The notes: a model not told the origin generated them from the sequence alone. A stretch of DNA of 64,000 nucleotides from Gammaproteobacteria bacterium (GCA_963662355.1 OY759361.1:226942-290941), one strand, 5' to 3'. Shown: positions 34,901-45,813, counted from the stretch's first letter. Translations and numbers: made by a program.

Positions 34901-35467
34901 ATGCGATCCAGGCAGGTTTGGATAGGTTGTCTGATCATTGCAGGGGCCGTTTTGGCATTGTGGTTTTTGAATCAGCGCGATTCGCCAATCGATGTGGTAC
35001 AACCAGGCACCTCATCAAATGCTCCTTCCGTACATTTCACCGGTATCAAAATGCTCATTAATTCTCCAGACGGAAAACCTCGGTACAGGTTGCTGGCATC
35101 CGGATACCGATTGTATGACGAGGAACAGCGGAGCGAGTTTGATCTTCCAGAAATTACGCTCTATGATAGTGAAGGAAGCCGAATTTATGCGCGGGCATTG
35201 CGGGGGGAAGCACACAATTACACAAGTGTAATTGTCTTGACAGGCGATGTCAGAATTAATCGGGCAAAACTTGACACTGGTCCGCACCCGTTGAACATTA
35301 CAACGGATACACTGATTGTGTTCCCAGAAGAACAACGTGCTAGTACTGATTCAGCCATCAAGGCTACGCTCGGTTCACAAAATTTTTCATCACATGGTAT
35401 GAGCCTGGACCTGAATACAAAAGTACTGCTTTTGCACAGCAATGTTGAAAGTATTTATGAACCTTAG
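34901..35467 (+). CDS. lptC: LPS export protein LptC
   Basis: 188 aa, N-terminal TM anchor then OstA-like beta-jellyroll. Synteny kdsC-lptC-lptA-lptB. Confidence 0.75.
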   Translation: MRSRQVWIGCLIIAGAVLALWFLNQRDSPIDVVQPGTSSNAPSVHFTGIKMLINSPDGKPRYRLLASGYRLYDEEQRSEFDLPEITLYDSEGSRIYARALRGEAHNYTSVIVLTGDVRINRAKLDTGPHPLNITTDTLIVFPEEQRASTDSAIKATLGSQNFSSHGMSLDLNTKVLLLHSNVESIYEP

Positions 35468-35984
35468 ACACATACTGTGGCCAGCATGCACGATGGTCTT
35501 GATGGCATGCAGTGCATCGCTCATGGCTTATTCAGATGACTCTAGCAAACCGATCAGCATCACTGCCGATTCTGCCGAAATCGACGATACAGCAGGAACC
35601 AGCATTTATCGTGGCAATGTAAGAATTGCACAAGGCAGTATACTGCTTACAGGCGATATGGTGGTGCTTGAAACTATTAACAAAAAAATTCATAAAATTA
35701 CATCCGAGGGCAATTTAAGTACATTCAGACAGGTTAGGGATGACGGGGAAACCGTACATGCACAAGCACAAAAAATGGTATATACAGTTAGCAAGAATGA
35801 AGTCGTTTTAACCAGAAATGCCAAACTTACGGAAGCCGGGAATACTCTTGCAAGTGAAAGAATTGTTTTTCATGTTGACAAGAAAACCGTCAGCGGAGGA
35901 AGCCCAGCTGGAAAAGGACGGGTCAGCATTACAGTTCTTCCTGAAACACTCACAGGCGAAACGCCAGCAGAAACCAGCCACTGA
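35442..35984 (+). CDS. lptA: LPS transport periplasmic protein LptA (OstA-like)
   Basis: Signal peptide then SITADSAEIDDTAGTSIYRGNVRIAQGSILLTGDMVVL. Alternative start MNLRH at 35457. Confidence 0.8.
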   Translation: MLKVFMNLRHILWPACTMVLMACSASLMAYSDDSSKPISITADSAEIDDTAGTSIYRGNVRIAQGSILLTGDMVVLETINKKIHKITSEGNLSTFRQVRDDGETVHAQAQKMVYTVSKNEVVLTRNAKLTEAGNTLASERIVFHVDKKTVSGGSPAGKGRVSITVLPETLTGETPAETSH

Positions 35985-36026
35985 TCCCGTAACCTGCCTG
36001 ACCGGGATGATCGAAATGCCTGCAGC

Positions 36027-36764
36027 ATGAATACTCTACGTGCAGAAAATTTACGTAAGAGGTTCAATACACAAGTAGTCGTCGAGCATGCCAGCCTGTC
36101 CGTTCAATCCAGTGAAATTGTCGGCCTACTAGGCCCGAATGGGGCCGGCAAAACTACATGCTTTTATATGCTTGCAGGGTTGCTTCGCTCAAACAGTGGA
36201 AAGATCACTTTGAATGATATGGATATCACGCATATGCCCATGCACATGCGTGCCAGACATGGCATCGGATACTTGCCTCAGGAGCCATCCATTTTCCGTG
36301 GTCTAACAATTGAACAAAATGTCATGACAAGTCTCGAGGCACGTGGTGACTTGAACAAAAACCAGCGTAGGCAGGTATGTGATACTCTCTTGACAGACTT
36401 AAGGATCGAACATATTCGTGACCACAAGGGTGCACGCCTGTCAGGCGGAGAAAGGCGCCGTGCGGAAATTGCCCGTACACTGGCAATGAAACCCAAGTTC
36501 ATTCTACTTGATGAGCCATTTACAGGCGTGGACCCCATATCTGTCAAGGATATACAACGGATTCTCAAAGACTTGTGTGCCAGAGGTATAGGTTTACTGA
36601 TTACTGACCACAATGTCCGTGAGACTCTAAGTATATGCAATCGCGCCTATATTCTTAGTGAGGGACGCATGCTGGCAGAAGGCTCTCCTTCCAGCATCTT
36701 GGATAATCAACAGGTACGCAATGTTTATCTTGGCACCCACTTTTCTCTTGGCCTGCATGACTGA
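36027..36764 (+). CDS. lptB: LPS export ABC transporter ATP-binding protein LptB
   Basis: Walker [10 protein letters not shown], signature LSGGERRR, Walker B LILLDEP. Confidence 0.9.
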   Translation: MNTLRAENLRKRFNTQVVVEHASLSVQSSEIVGLLGPNGAGKTTCFYMLAGLLRSNSGKITLNDMDITHMPMHMRARHGIGYLPQEPSIFRGLTIEQNVMTSLEARGDLNKNQRRQVCDTLLTDLRIEHIRDHKGARLSGGERRRAEIARTLAMKPKFILLDEPFTGVDPISVKDIQRILKDLCARGIGLLITDHNVRETLSICNRAYILSEGRMLAEGSPSSILDNQQVRNVYLGTHFSLGLHD

Positions 36765-36890
36765 TTGCGGACAACCTGAACAACCTGATTTCTGAACAGA
36801 GCTCCAGTGGCCCAGCCAACACTGACTAGCATCCTGTTTGGTTCATAATTTCTCAACATGCGCGGGCAATTTTCATGCCATAATTCAGGT

Positions 36891-38354
36891 ATGTTGAAGC
36901 CCACCCTGCAAGTCCGTCTTGGTCAGCAATTGACTATGACGCAGCAGTTGCGACAGGCCATCCGCCTGCTACAACTGTCATCACTGGAACTCAAAGCTGA
37001 AATCCAGGAGGCTTTTGAGTCCAACCCCCTGCTGGAAACTGAAGAAAGCAGTGAATTTGAGACTGATGCAGCAGAACGAGAGGCAGCCGAACAGGTTGAT
37101 CTTGAAATCCAGACAGCCATCAAAGATGATCTGCTGCCAAGCGAACTCGCTGTGGACAGCCAATGGGATGATATTTATGAGCCTTCCTATACATCAGCAA
37201 CCAGCCATCACCAGACTAACGATTATTTTGATTACCTGGAAGCCCAGAACACAGTGGATCCTGGGTCCTTGCAAAAGCATCTGTTGTGGCAACTTGAACT
37301 TAGCGCACTTTCTAACCAAGACCTCATGATTGCAGCAACTTTAGTCAATGCGTTGGATGAATCCGGTTATTTGCATGAGCCGCTGGAAGGCATTCATGAA
37401 AACCTGAACCAGACGCATGAAATCGAACTGGATGAGATCGAGGCTGCGCTTAAATTTGTTCAGTGCCTTGATCCGGTCGGCTGTGGCACGCGATGCCTTC
37501 AGGAATGTCTAGAGGTACAACTGCAGCAAATACCTGATACGACCCCCTTCCTGTCACAAGCGCAGTCTATCGTAAGCAAGCACCTTGACCTTGTTGGGAT
37601 GAGAGACTATGAGAAATTGGCTATAAAGAGTGGACTTAGTCTTGAGGAAATTCAGAATGCGGTCGTGTTAATACAATCCCTGCACCCTAAGCCTGGGGAC
37701 TTAATTACTGTACAAAAATTTGAATACATTGTACCGGATGTATATGTTGAAAGATACGAGGGAGTTTGGCAGGTGCGGCTCAATACGAACGCTACTCCGA
37801 AGCTAAGCATCAACAATGTATACTCGAGTATGATCAAATACCTAGTAAACAGTGAGGCAGATTATATGCGTAACCAGCTGCAGGAAGCGCGCTGGCTGAT
37901 CAAGAGTATACAGCATCGCAACAATACACTATTACGTGTTGCAACTTCCATTGTCAGACATCAGAAAGCATTCTTTGAGCTCGGTGAGGAAGCTATGCAG
38001 CCTTTAGTCTTGAAAGATATTGCCGATGAACTGGATTTGCATGAATCTACCATCTCACGGGCAACCACCAGCAAGTACATGGATTCCCCTAGGGGTATCT
38101 TTGAGTTCAAATATTTTTTTTCAAGTCACGTCAACACAAGTGATGGAGGAACATGTTCAGCCACCGCGATCAAGGCAATGATAAAAAAGCTTGTCAAGGA
38201 AGAAAGCCAGGGAAAACCTTTAAGTGACAGTAAGATTGCCGCTCTGCTGAAGCAAGAAGGTGTCAGTGTAGCACGCCGCACCATTGCCAAATATCGTGAA
38301 TTCCTTGGCATCCCGCCATCCAACGAACGCCGACTTTCACCTAAATCTTTTTAG
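36891..38354 (+). CDS. rpoN: RNA polymerase sigma-54 factor
   Basis: Start at MLKPTLQVRLGQQLTMTQQLRQAIRLLQLSSLELKAEIQEAFESNPLLE, nearly identical to E. coli RpoN region I. C-terminal RpoN box ARRTIAKYRE. The track ORF start at 36858 adds 11 residues. Confidence 0.9.
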   Translation: MLKPTLQVRLGQQLTMTQQLRQAIRLLQLSSLELKAEIQEAFESNPLLETEESSEFETDAAEREAAEQVDLEIQTAIKDDLLPSELAVDSQWDDIYEPSYTSATSHHQTNDYFDYLEAQNTVDPGSLQKHLLWQLELSALSNQDLMIAATLVNALDESGYLHEPLEGIHENLNQTHEIELDEIEAALKFVQCLDPVGCGTRCLQECLEVQLQQIPDTTPFLSQAQSIVSKHLDLVGMRDYEKLAIKSGLSLEEIQNAVVLIQSLHPKPGDLITVQKFEYIVPDVYVERYEGVWQVRLNTNATPKLSINNVYSSMIKYLVNSEADYMRNQLQEARWLIKSIQHRNNTLLRVATSIVRHQKAFFELGEEAMQPLVLKDIADELDLHESTISRATTSKYMDSPRGIFEFKYFFSSHVNTSDGGTCSATAIKAMIKKLVKEESQGKPLSDSKIAALLKQEGVSVARRTIAKYREFLGIPPSNERRLSPKSF

Positions 38355-38403
38355 TATATTGTGTCTATGCGCCACTTGAATCTGCACTGAATAAGGAATA
38401 ATT

Positions 38404-38724
38404 ATGCAAATAGATATCACTGGTCACCATCTTAAAGTGACTACCGCCTTAAGAAATTATGTTGAAAAGAAATTCAAACGACTAACCAAGCATTTTGATA
38501 ATGTAATCAATATTCACGTTGTCCTGACAGTTGAGAAACTGACCCACAAGGCTGAAGCATCATTACATGTACGTGGCAACAGGATTTTTGCCAACTCCAA
38601 CAACGAAGGCATGTACGCAGCCGTAGACTCCCTAGTTGACAAGCTGGACCGCCAGATTGTCAAACACAAGGAAAAATTAAAAGATCATCACCAAGACGAA
38701 GTACGGCATCACACAACTCATTGA
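38404..38724 (+). CDS. hpf: Ribosome hibernation promoting factor (sigma-54 modulation protein)
   Basis: 106 aa. MQIDITGHHLKVTTALRNYVEKKFKRL canonical HPF N-terminus. Directly downstream of rpoN. Confidence 0.85.
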   Translation: MQIDITGHHLKVTTALRNYVEKKFKRLTKHFDNVINIHVVLTVEKLTHKAEASLHVRGNRIFANSNNEGMYAAVDSLVDKLDRQIVKHKEKLKDHHQDEVRHHTTH

Positions 38725-38742
38725 TACTTCATTTTTCAGATT

Positions 38743-39210
38743 ATGCTCCTCAAGGACTACATCTCTGAAGAAGGGATAATATTTGCCTCATCGGTCAGTA
38801 GCAAAAAAAGAGCTCTGGAACTCCTCAGTGAGGCACTTGCAAAACAGGACTCAGGATTGACTAAAAGCAAGATATTGAATGCCTTACTGGCTAGAGAGAA
38901 GCTTGGCTGCACAGGACTCGGGAAGGGAATTGCAATCCCGCATTGCCGAATGGCTGAAATTAAAAATACTCATGTTGCAATGCTCAAACTGAACGATGGC
39001 GTCGAATTTGAATCCAGTGATGGCTTGGCTGTCAAATTTCTTTTCTGCATGGTGGTACCCGAAAACGCAGCAGATGACCAGCTTCGATTGCTGGCTGGCC
39101 TTGCCAAGCTTTTGGATAATGACCAGGTTCGCCAATCTATTGAAAAATGCTACCATGCCAGTTGTCTTTACGAGCTGCTGTGCCAGGACCCAGGGGGTCT
39201 TGCCGTTTGA
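38743..39210 (+). CDS. ptsN: PTS IIA-Ntr nitrogen regulatory protein
   Basis: EIIA(Fru/Ntr) fold with phosphorylatable His in GKGIAIPHC. rpoN-hpf-ptsN synteny. Confidence 0.85.
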   Translation: MLLKDYISEEGIIFASSVSSKKRALELLSEALAKQDSGLTKSKILNALLAREKLGCTGLGKGIAIPHCRMAEIKNTHVAMLKLNDGVEFESSDGLAVKFLFCMVVPENAADDQLRLLAGLAKLLDNDQVRQSIEKCYHASCLYELLCQDPGGLAV

Positions 39211-39287
39211 TTCTGTAAGAACGGAAACATAGTACAAACCAGACCACTACCGTGCATGCACGTTAAGAGTAATCAAGCACACGCCTG

Positions 39288-40247
39288 ATGACAGGGTCAA
39301 AGTTAAAACCAGACTCAGTTGTCTTGACTGCAAGGAGTCTGTTTTCAAAGAAAAAAACAGATTTGAAGCTGACTTGGTGGGCAGGAAACCAGCACAGTCT
39401 TAAGGGGTTCACACGGTTTCCATTCATTTCCTCAAAATCAGGCCTGGTCGGTTATTATAATCCTACATGCCCGAATCAGGTGCAGATCCTTGGTGAAGCA
39501 GAACTGAAATTCTTTAAGGAAGTGGAGCCTGCTGTTCTGGAAACTGCATTAGGCCAGCTTTTCCAGGGGAAATCGTCGGCTATATTTATCACTAACGGCT
39601 TAAAGCCTCCAGAAATTTTCAGAAAGTTTTCTGAAGCACACGACCTTCCAGTTATTTGTTCATTGCTCCCTGGTAATGAATTAATCGATCAGTTACAGCA
39701 TTTTCTGTCTAAGGAGTTAGTTGCAAAATCCATATTGCATGGAGTATTCATGGAAATAATGAGTGTCGGTGTACTGATCACAGGGCAAAGCGGCCTGGGC
39801 AAAAGTGAGCTTGCATTGGATCTGGTGAGCCGGGGGCACCGACTGATAGCTGATGATGCGCCGGAATTTACCCGCGCTGCACAGGATGCAGTGAATGGAA
39901 CCTGTCCAGACTTGTTGAAGAACTTTCTTGAAGTGCGAGGCTTGGGAATATTAAATATACGCAAAATGTATGGCGCCAAGGCAATCAAGCCAAACGAATA
40001 CTTGGGACTGATCATCAAACTTCTTTCTCCGGATCTGGACAATTCGGAAACTGAAGATCGGAGTCGTTTAATGGAAAGAAGTACCGACGTGCTCGGTGTC
40101 AGTATCCCTACCATACCCCTTGCCGTAGCCTTGGGCAGGAATCTTGCAGTTCTGGTTGAAGCTGCAGTACGTGACCATATGCTGATCAAGCATGGCTATA
40201 TTGCAAGTAGAGAGTTGAGTGAAAACCAGAAAAAACAGATGCAGTAG
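39288..40247 (+). CDS. hprK: HPr kinase/phosphorylase
   Basis: Walker A GQSGLGKSELAL. GILNIRKMYG region. N-terminal LKLTWWAGNQ. Confidence 0.85.
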   Translation: MTGSKLKPDSVVLTARSLFSKKKTDLKLTWWAGNQHSLKGFTRFPFISSKSGLVGYYNPTCPNQVQILGEAELKFFKEVEPAVLETALGQLFQGKSSAIFITNGLKPPEIFRKFSEAHDLPVICSLLPGNELIDQLQHFLSKELVAKSILHGVFMEIMSVGVLITGQSGLGKSELALDLVSRGHRLIADDAPEFTRAAQDAVNGTCPDLLKNFLEVRGLGILNIRKMYGAKAIKPNEYLGLIIKLLSPDLDNSETEDRSRLMERSTDVLGVSIPTIPLAVALGRNLAVLVEAAVRDHMLIKHGYIASRELSENQKKQMQ

Positions 40248-41117
40248 ATGCTGATGAAACTGGTGATAGTAAGTGGCCTGTCCGGCTCAGGAAAATCGGT
40301 TGCAATCAATACCCTTGAGGATAATGATTTTTACTGTATCGATAACATGCCGTTAAGTATGCTACCGATCTTTACCGAACAGCTGACCACGGCCCCGTCC
40401 AATCTTTATGAAAGGGTTGCAATTGGAGTTGATGCGCGTAGCGTCAGTCAGGATACCCATGCATTTCCAAATATCATCAAACAGTTCAAACAACAGGATT
40501 TTGATCTTGAGCTTGTATATCTGGAAGCCAGTGAAGAGGCTTTGGTACAACGTTACAGGGAAACGGGGCGCAAGCATCCGTTCACCAAAAGCGGACTGCC
40601 GCTCATCGATGCAATTCATACAGAAAAACAGATCTTGGCAGAGGTTATACTACTTGCAGACATCTGTATTGATACTACCCTTACCAATGTGCGGCAATTA
40701 CGCTCCATCATTACCGACCAGGTTTGCCGAAACAAATCTGCGACGCTAACCCTATTACTACAGTCCTTTGGCTTCAAATACAGTGTTCCAAACGACTCAA
40801 ATTATGTATTCGATGTTCGCTTCCTGCCCAACCCATATTGGGAACAGCATTTACGTAATCTCACCGGCTATCATCCGGAAGTCATTGATTACTTGCAATC
40901 TCATGAAGAAGTAAAGCAAATGATCCGTTCCATAGGTGATTTTATCGAGTACTGGACTCCGCACTTCTCCCGAGAAAGCCGGAATTACCTGTGTATTTCC
41001 ATCGGCTGTACTGGTGGGCAACATCGTTCGGTGCACATTGCCGAGTTTCTTGCAGACCGCTTCAGGAAATCTTCAGATAAACACGTATTGGTCAGGCACC
41101 GCGATTTAAAATACTGA
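40248..41117 (+). CDS. rapZ: RNase adapter protein RapZ (YhbJ)
   Basis: P-loop IVSGLSGSGKSVAINTLED. C-terminal CTGGQHRSV motif. Confidence 0.85.
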   Translation: MLMKLVIVSGLSGSGKSVAINTLEDNDFYCIDNMPLSMLPIFTEQLTTAPSNLYERVAIGVDARSVSQDTHAFPNIIKQFKQQDFDLELVYLEASEEALVQRYRETGRKHPFTKSGLPLIDAIHTEKQILAEVILLADICIDTTLTNVRQLRSIITDQVCRNKSATLTLLLQSFGFKYSVPNDSNYVFDVRFLPNPYWEQHLRNLTGYHPEVIDYLQSHEEVKQMIRSIGDFIEYWTPHFSRESRNYLCISIGCTGGQHRSVHIAEFLADRFRKSSDKHVLVRHRDLKY

Positions 41118-41118
41118 T

Positions 41119-41517
41119 ATGTCTGTATCCATACTCACTGTGACACATGGCAAATTGGGGAATGAGTTGCTTGACACAACTGAATCAATGCTTGACTCGC
41201 CGCTCCCCTTGACGTGCCAGTCACTCTCTGTGACCAATACCTGTAATACTGACGAGTTGCTGTCAAGGGCCCAGAACCTTTGTGCTGAAATTGATGAAGG
41301 GGATGGAGTACTAGTTTTGACAGATATATTTGGTTCAACACCAAGTAACATCTGCAACAAAATTGACACGGTTACGAATATACGCGTGCTTGCGGGACTG
41401 AGTTTGCCGATGTTGATTCGTACCATGAATTATCCAGACTTAAGCCTGGACAAGCTTGCAGAAAAAGCCCTGAGCGGTGCCCGAGACGGCATTGTTGACT
41501 GCAGCATGAAAAGGTAA
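41119..41517 (+). CDS. PTS EIIA component, mannose/fructose class
   Basis: ILTVTHGKLGNEL (phospho-His), VLVLTDIFGSTPSN and GLSLPMLI motifs align with ManX IIA (IVIGTHG / VLFLVDTWGGSPFN / GVNIPML). Confidence 0.75.
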   Translation: MSVSILTVTHGKLGNELLDTTESMLDSPLPLTCQSLSVTNTCNTDELLSRAQNLCAEIDEGDGVLVLTDIFGSTPSNICNKIDTVTNIRVLAGLSLPMLIRTMNYPDLSLDKLAEKALSGARDGIVDCSMKR

Positions 41518-41522
41518 AGCCT

Positions 41523-41792
41523 GTGACTAGCAAAGAATTAACCATTATTAATAAGCTGGGGCTGCATGCACGTGCCGCAGCAAAATTGGTAGCTTTAGCT
41601 TCAACCTTCCAAAGCAAAATACTGCTTGAAAAAGACACCAAGGAAGTAAATGGGAAAAGTATCATGGGGGTCATGATGTTGGCGGCGAGCCAACATGCTG
41701 TAGTAACTGTCACCGCGTCCGGTAACGATGAGCAGGACGCTATAGATGCCATTGAGAACCTGATCAACAATTTTTTTGATGAAGAAGAGTAA
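41523..41792 (+). CDS. ptsH: Phosphocarrier protein HPr/NPr
   Basis: 89 aa. GLHARAA with His15. MMLAASQHAV region with regulatory Ser. Confidence 0.85.
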   Translation: MTSKELTIINKLGLHARAAAKLVALASTFQSKILLEKDTKEVNGKSIMGVMMLAASQHAVVTVTASGNDEQDAIDAIENLINNFFDEEE

Positions 41793-41816
41793 ATTACTCA
41801 TAAATAGATTTCTGTT

Positions 41817-43556
41817 ATGGCACTGATTATCTCTGGAATCGATGTATCAAAAGGTATCGCAATAGGCAAAGTGCACTTGCTGAATCGCGGGGCACCGGAA
41901 GTATTTGAACATAAGCTTAAAGAACACGAAATCAAATCAGAAATCAAACGTTTTCAGAATGCGGTTGATGACGCCAGCAACCACCTGCGCAGCATCCGAG
42001 AAACAATTCCGGAAGATGCACCCACAGAAATTGCTACATTTATCGATTCACATATTCTCATGGTCGAAGACTCTATGCTGCGTAAAGTGCCGGTTGAGAT
42101 TATCCGGGAACAGCATTGCAATGCAGAATGGGCACTGAAAAACCAGCATGACAAGCTGGTCTCCGTGTTTGAGCAAATGGAGGATGACTATCTGCGTACA
42201 CGGATCAATGATGTAGAACATGTCATCAATCTGATTCAGCAGATCCTTAAAGACCAGCAGTATACGGCACAGATAGACATACAACCACTCAAAGGTCGCA
42301 TCGTCGTTGCAGACGACCTTACGCCTGCAGATACTGTTCTCATGCAAAACCAGAGCATCGCAGGCTTCGTCACCGAGCTTGGTGGACCCTTGTCTCACAC
42401 AGCAATTTTAGCCCGCAGCCTAGGCATCCCGGCTGTTGTCGGAATTCAGGATGCACGTCCGCTCCTGCAACAGGAAGAGCTAGTGATTGTTGATGGTGGC
42501 ATTGGCATGGTATTGGCAGGCGTCGGACATAAAACAATCGAAGATTATCGACGCAGACAACGCAAACAAAAAGAAGCTCGACGCAAGCTGCGTGCGCTAC
42601 GTGATGTCTCGGCCAAAACACGTGATGGACAGCGCATTATCCTGCAGGCCAACATAGAACTTGCCGAGGATGTGAGTGCACTCAAACAATCCGGGGCAGA
42701 AGGTGTAGGTCTGTATCGCACGGAATTTCTTTATATCGATCGCGAGGAACCTGCAGACGAGGTCGAACAGCTCAACGCTTACCGCAAAATTATCCGCGTA
42801 TTGAAAGGCAAACCACTAACCATACGCACCCTTGACTTAGGTGCTGAAAAAGAATTTGACCCCAATTTTCAGGGTCCACTAACCCAGAATCCTGCTTTGG
42901 GTTTGCGTGCAATACGCCGATCCTTAAAAGACACCGAGCTGTTCAAGCAGCAATTGCGCGCAATTTTGCGCGCCTCTTCGAGTGGACCTGTCCGAATTCT
43001 GTTACCCATGGTCACGAGCCACATAGAACTTGTCCAGTCGTTATCTGTACTCAAGCAGGCGAGCAGGGAACTGGAAAGCGAACAACATCAATTTGATCCA
43101 GACATTCCGGTCGGTGCCATGATAGAAGTCCCTGCAGCTGCGCTTTCAGCCAACATTCTTGCAAAACAACTTGACTTCCTGTCTATCGGAACCAATGACT
43201 TGATTCAGTATACTCTTGCCATTGACCGTATAGATGACCAAGTAAACTATCTATATGACCCACTGCATCCATCTGTACTCAAGCTTATCAATCTGACTTT
43301 GCAAGCGGGTCGACGGGCAGATATTCCCGTAGCAATGTGCGGTGAAATGGCAGGAGATCTGCGCTACACACGACTCCTTCTGGGCATGGGACTACAAGAA
43401 TTCAGCGCTCCCCCTTCCAGTTTGCTTGAAATCAAGCAGATTGTTAACCGAAGTAGAATTTCGGAGCTGAAAAAACCGGCAATGAGAATCCTGAATACGA
43501 CTGTACCAGACCGGATTGTTTCCATGGTCGATGCCCTGAACGATCAACCATACTGA
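41817..43556 (+). CDS. ptsI: Phosphoenolpyruvate-protein phosphotransferase (Enzyme I)
   Basis: 579 aa. Phospho-His motif GGPLSHTAILARSLGIP. PEP-utilising TIM-barrel domain with C-terminal CGEMAGD. Confidence 0.85.
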   Translation: MALIISGIDVSKGIAIGKVHLLNRGAPEVFEHKLKEHEIKSEIKRFQNAVDDASNHLRSIRETIPEDAPTEIATFIDSHILMVEDSMLRKVPVEIIREQHCNAEWALKNQHDKLVSVFEQMEDDYLRTRINDVEHVINLIQQILKDQQYTAQIDIQPLKGRIVVADDLTPADTVLMQNQSIAGFVTELGGPLSHTAILARSLGIPAVVGIQDARPLLQQEELVIVDGGIGMVLAGVGHKTIEDYRRRQRKQKEARRKLRALRDVSAKTRDGQRIILQANIELAEDVSALKQSGAEGVGLYRTEFLYIDREEPADEVEQLNAYRKIIRVLKGKPLTIRTLDLGAEKEFDPNFQGPLTQNPALGLRAIRRSLKDTELFKQQLRAILRASSSGPVRILLPMVTSHIELVQSLSVLKQASRELESEQHQFDPDIPVGAMIEVPAAALSANILAKQLDFLSIGTNDLIQYTLAIDRIDDQVNYLYDPLHPSVLKLINLTLQAGRRADIPVAMCGEMAGDLRYTRLLLGMGLQEFSAPPSSLLEIKQIVNRSRISELKKPAMRILNTTVPDRIVSMVDALNDQPY

Positions 43557-43640
43557 CTTCTAAAGTCCACGTTTTGGCAGCCCCTGTCAAAGCAGTTACA
43601 CTTGCCATGTATTGTCACAGTCTATAGACGTCCAGCAAAG

Positions 43641-44993
43641 ATGCCCGAATCAGCCATACAAGCACAGAACCAGGCTTTAAAAATCATTAGTGAAGCCCTG
43701 CAGACAGGAGCCATGCTGCGTGCAAAACGCATGCTGAATGCTCTTCACCCAGCTGAAATTGCCAACCTGCTGGAAGCACTTCCCCATTCACAGCGCATTA
43801 TCGTCTGGAACATGCTGGACCACGATGATGGTGAAATTCTACTGAATGTGGGGGAAGAGGTGCGCAGCGGTCTGATTAAACTCATGGACAGCGACGCCCT
43901 GATAGCTGCAACTGAAGGGCTGGAAATCGATGACCTTGCCGATTTGCTTGTTGACTTGCCGGACACAGTCACTCAACAGGCACTTTCCAGCATGGATCAT
44001 CAGGACCGACAACGGTTGGAAGCCGTGCTTTCCTACAATGAAAACACAGCTGGTGGCCTCATGAATACAGACATGGTAACCGTGCAACGTGATGTCACGC
44101 TTGATGTGGTGCTGCGCTACCTGCGGACTCGGGGAGCACTGCCTGATGGAACAGACTCACTCTTCGTTGTCAATCGTTATGATCATTACATTGGTGCATT
44201 GCCACTCTCGAAAGTGCTAACCAGTAAACCCACAAAACTGGTGCGGGATGTCCTGGATGACAACGTTCGAACATTTGAGGCAAACACGGAAGCTTCTGTG
44301 GTCGCAAAATCATTTGAAGACCTGGATCTGGTTTCTGCAGCCGTAGTAGACAAAAATAACAAGCTTATCGGCCGAATCACTGTTGATGATGTAGTGGATG
44401 TCATCCGCGAAGAGGCTGAACATTCCGTATTCAGTATGGCAGGATTACCGGAAGAAGCAGATTTATTTGGCCCGGTTGTCGCTACTGCTCAACGTCGCAC
44501 GATCTGGCTAGGCGTAAATCTGTTGACGGCATTCCTGGCGGCGTGGGTCATCAGCCTCTTCCAGGTAACTTTGGAAAAGATTATTGTGCTGGCCATATTG
44601 ATTCCGGTAGTAGCAAGCATGGGCGGCATAGCGGGAAGCCAGACATTAACGCTGGTCATACGGGGTCTTGCCCTTGGTCAAATCGGACACAGTAATTCAA
44701 AATTGCTGTTATTCAAGGAGCTTGCCGTTGGCATATTAAATGGAATGACTTGGGCCATTATCGTCGCACTCGTCGTAGTCTTGTGGTTCAAAGACTTCAA
44801 GATGGGAGGTGTGATAGCAGCAGCAACAATGGCAAACCTGGTTTGTGCTGCACTTGCTGGTGTATCGATACCGGTGATTTTACGCAGCCTCAAGATTGAC
44901 CCTGCACTGGCGGGTGGCGTTATCCTTACCACCATCACGGATATCATCGGAATTATTGCATTTCTTGGACTGGCAACATGGCTGCTTTTGTAG
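43641..44993 (+). CDS. mgtE: Magnesium transporter MgtE
   Basis: N-domain, tandem CBS domains, and a 5-TM C-terminal domain with the GGIAGSQTLT pore motif. Start chosen at MPESAIQ. The track start 43602 is in frame. Confidence 0.85.
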   Translation: MPESAIQAQNQALKIISEALQTGAMLRAKRMLNALHPAEIANLLEALPHSQRIIVWNMLDHDDGEILLNVGEEVRSGLIKLMDSDALIAATEGLEIDDLADLLVDLPDTVTQQALSSMDHQDRQRLEAVLSYNENTAGGLMNTDMVTVQRDVTLDVVLRYLRTRGALPDGTDSLFVVNRYDHYIGALPLSKVLTSKPTKLVRDVLDDNVRTFEANTEASVVAKSFEDLDLVSAAVVDKNNKLIGRITVDDVVDVIREEAEHSVFSMAGLPEEADLFGPVVATAQRRTIWLGVNLLTAFLAAWVISLFQVTLEKIIVLAILIPVVASMGGIAGSQTLTLVIRGLALGQIGHSNSKLLLFKELAVGILNGMTWAIIVALVVVLWFKDFKMGGVIAAATMANLVCAALAGVSIPVILRSLKIDPALAGGVILTTITDIIGIIAFLGLATWLLL

Positions 44994-45117
44994 CAGCAGT
45001 TCCACTGGTTGCATTTCAATGTGCAGCGGACATTCAGGATACTCTGAAGTACCATGGCCACTGCCTGGCCTTTTAAACATCCAGGCAGAACATAATACAG
45101 ACCCAATTCGGCGTCAC

Positions 45118-45684
45118 TTAAGTCTTGGGCAATGTCACTCCTTGTTGACCCTGATATTTGCCACCTCGGTCCTTGTAAGAAATTTCACAGACTTCATCAG
45201 ACTCAAAAAAAAGCATCTGTGCAATTCCTTCATTCGCATAAATCTTTGCTGGTAGCGGTGTGGAATTGGATATTTCAATGGTGACATGGCCCTCCCATTC
45301 AGGCTCCAGCGGGGTGACATTGATGATAATTCCACAGCGGGCGTACGTGGACTTCCCTAGACATACAGTTAACACCGAACGAGGAATACGGAAGTATTCA
45401 ACTGTTCTGGTCAGCACAAAAGAATTGGGAGGAATCACACACTCGTTTGCCTTGAGGTCAATAAAGCTGCCTTCATCGAAATGTTTCGGATCCACAATCA
45501 CAGAATTTATATTGGTGAATATTTTGAACTCATCTGCACAACGGACATCATACCCGTAGCTTGACGTTCCATAAGAAACCAGGCGATCTTTACTACAGGC
45601 ACGCACCTGACCCGCCTCAAAAGGCTCAATCATGCCATGCTGTTTCACCATCTGGCGGATCCACCGGTCTGATTTAATTGCCAT
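45118..45684 (-). CDS. dcd: dCTP deaminase
   Basis: [23 protein letters not shown]...SSYGYDVRC...dUTPase-like fold with conserved ...EISN... motifs. Confidence 0.9.
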   Translation of the reverse strand: MAIKSDRWIRQMVKQHGMIEPFEAGQVRACSKDRLVSYGTSSYGYDVRCADEFKIFTNINSVIVDPKHFDEGSFIDLKANECVIPPNSFVLTRTVEYFRIPRSVLTVCLGKSTYARCGIIINVTPLEPEWEGHVTIEISNSTPLPAKIYANEGIAQMLFFESDEVCEISYKDRGGKYQGQQGVTLPKT

Positions 45685-45813
45685 ACGGATTCAACTCAGG
45701 AAAAATATGATCAAGGGTCCTGCCTGTATACAGTACTACTAATTCATCTTCACCGTATAACAGACTCCCGAAAGGATGCGTAGATAAGCTGTAACAAAAT
45801 CACAAGGAGGGGA

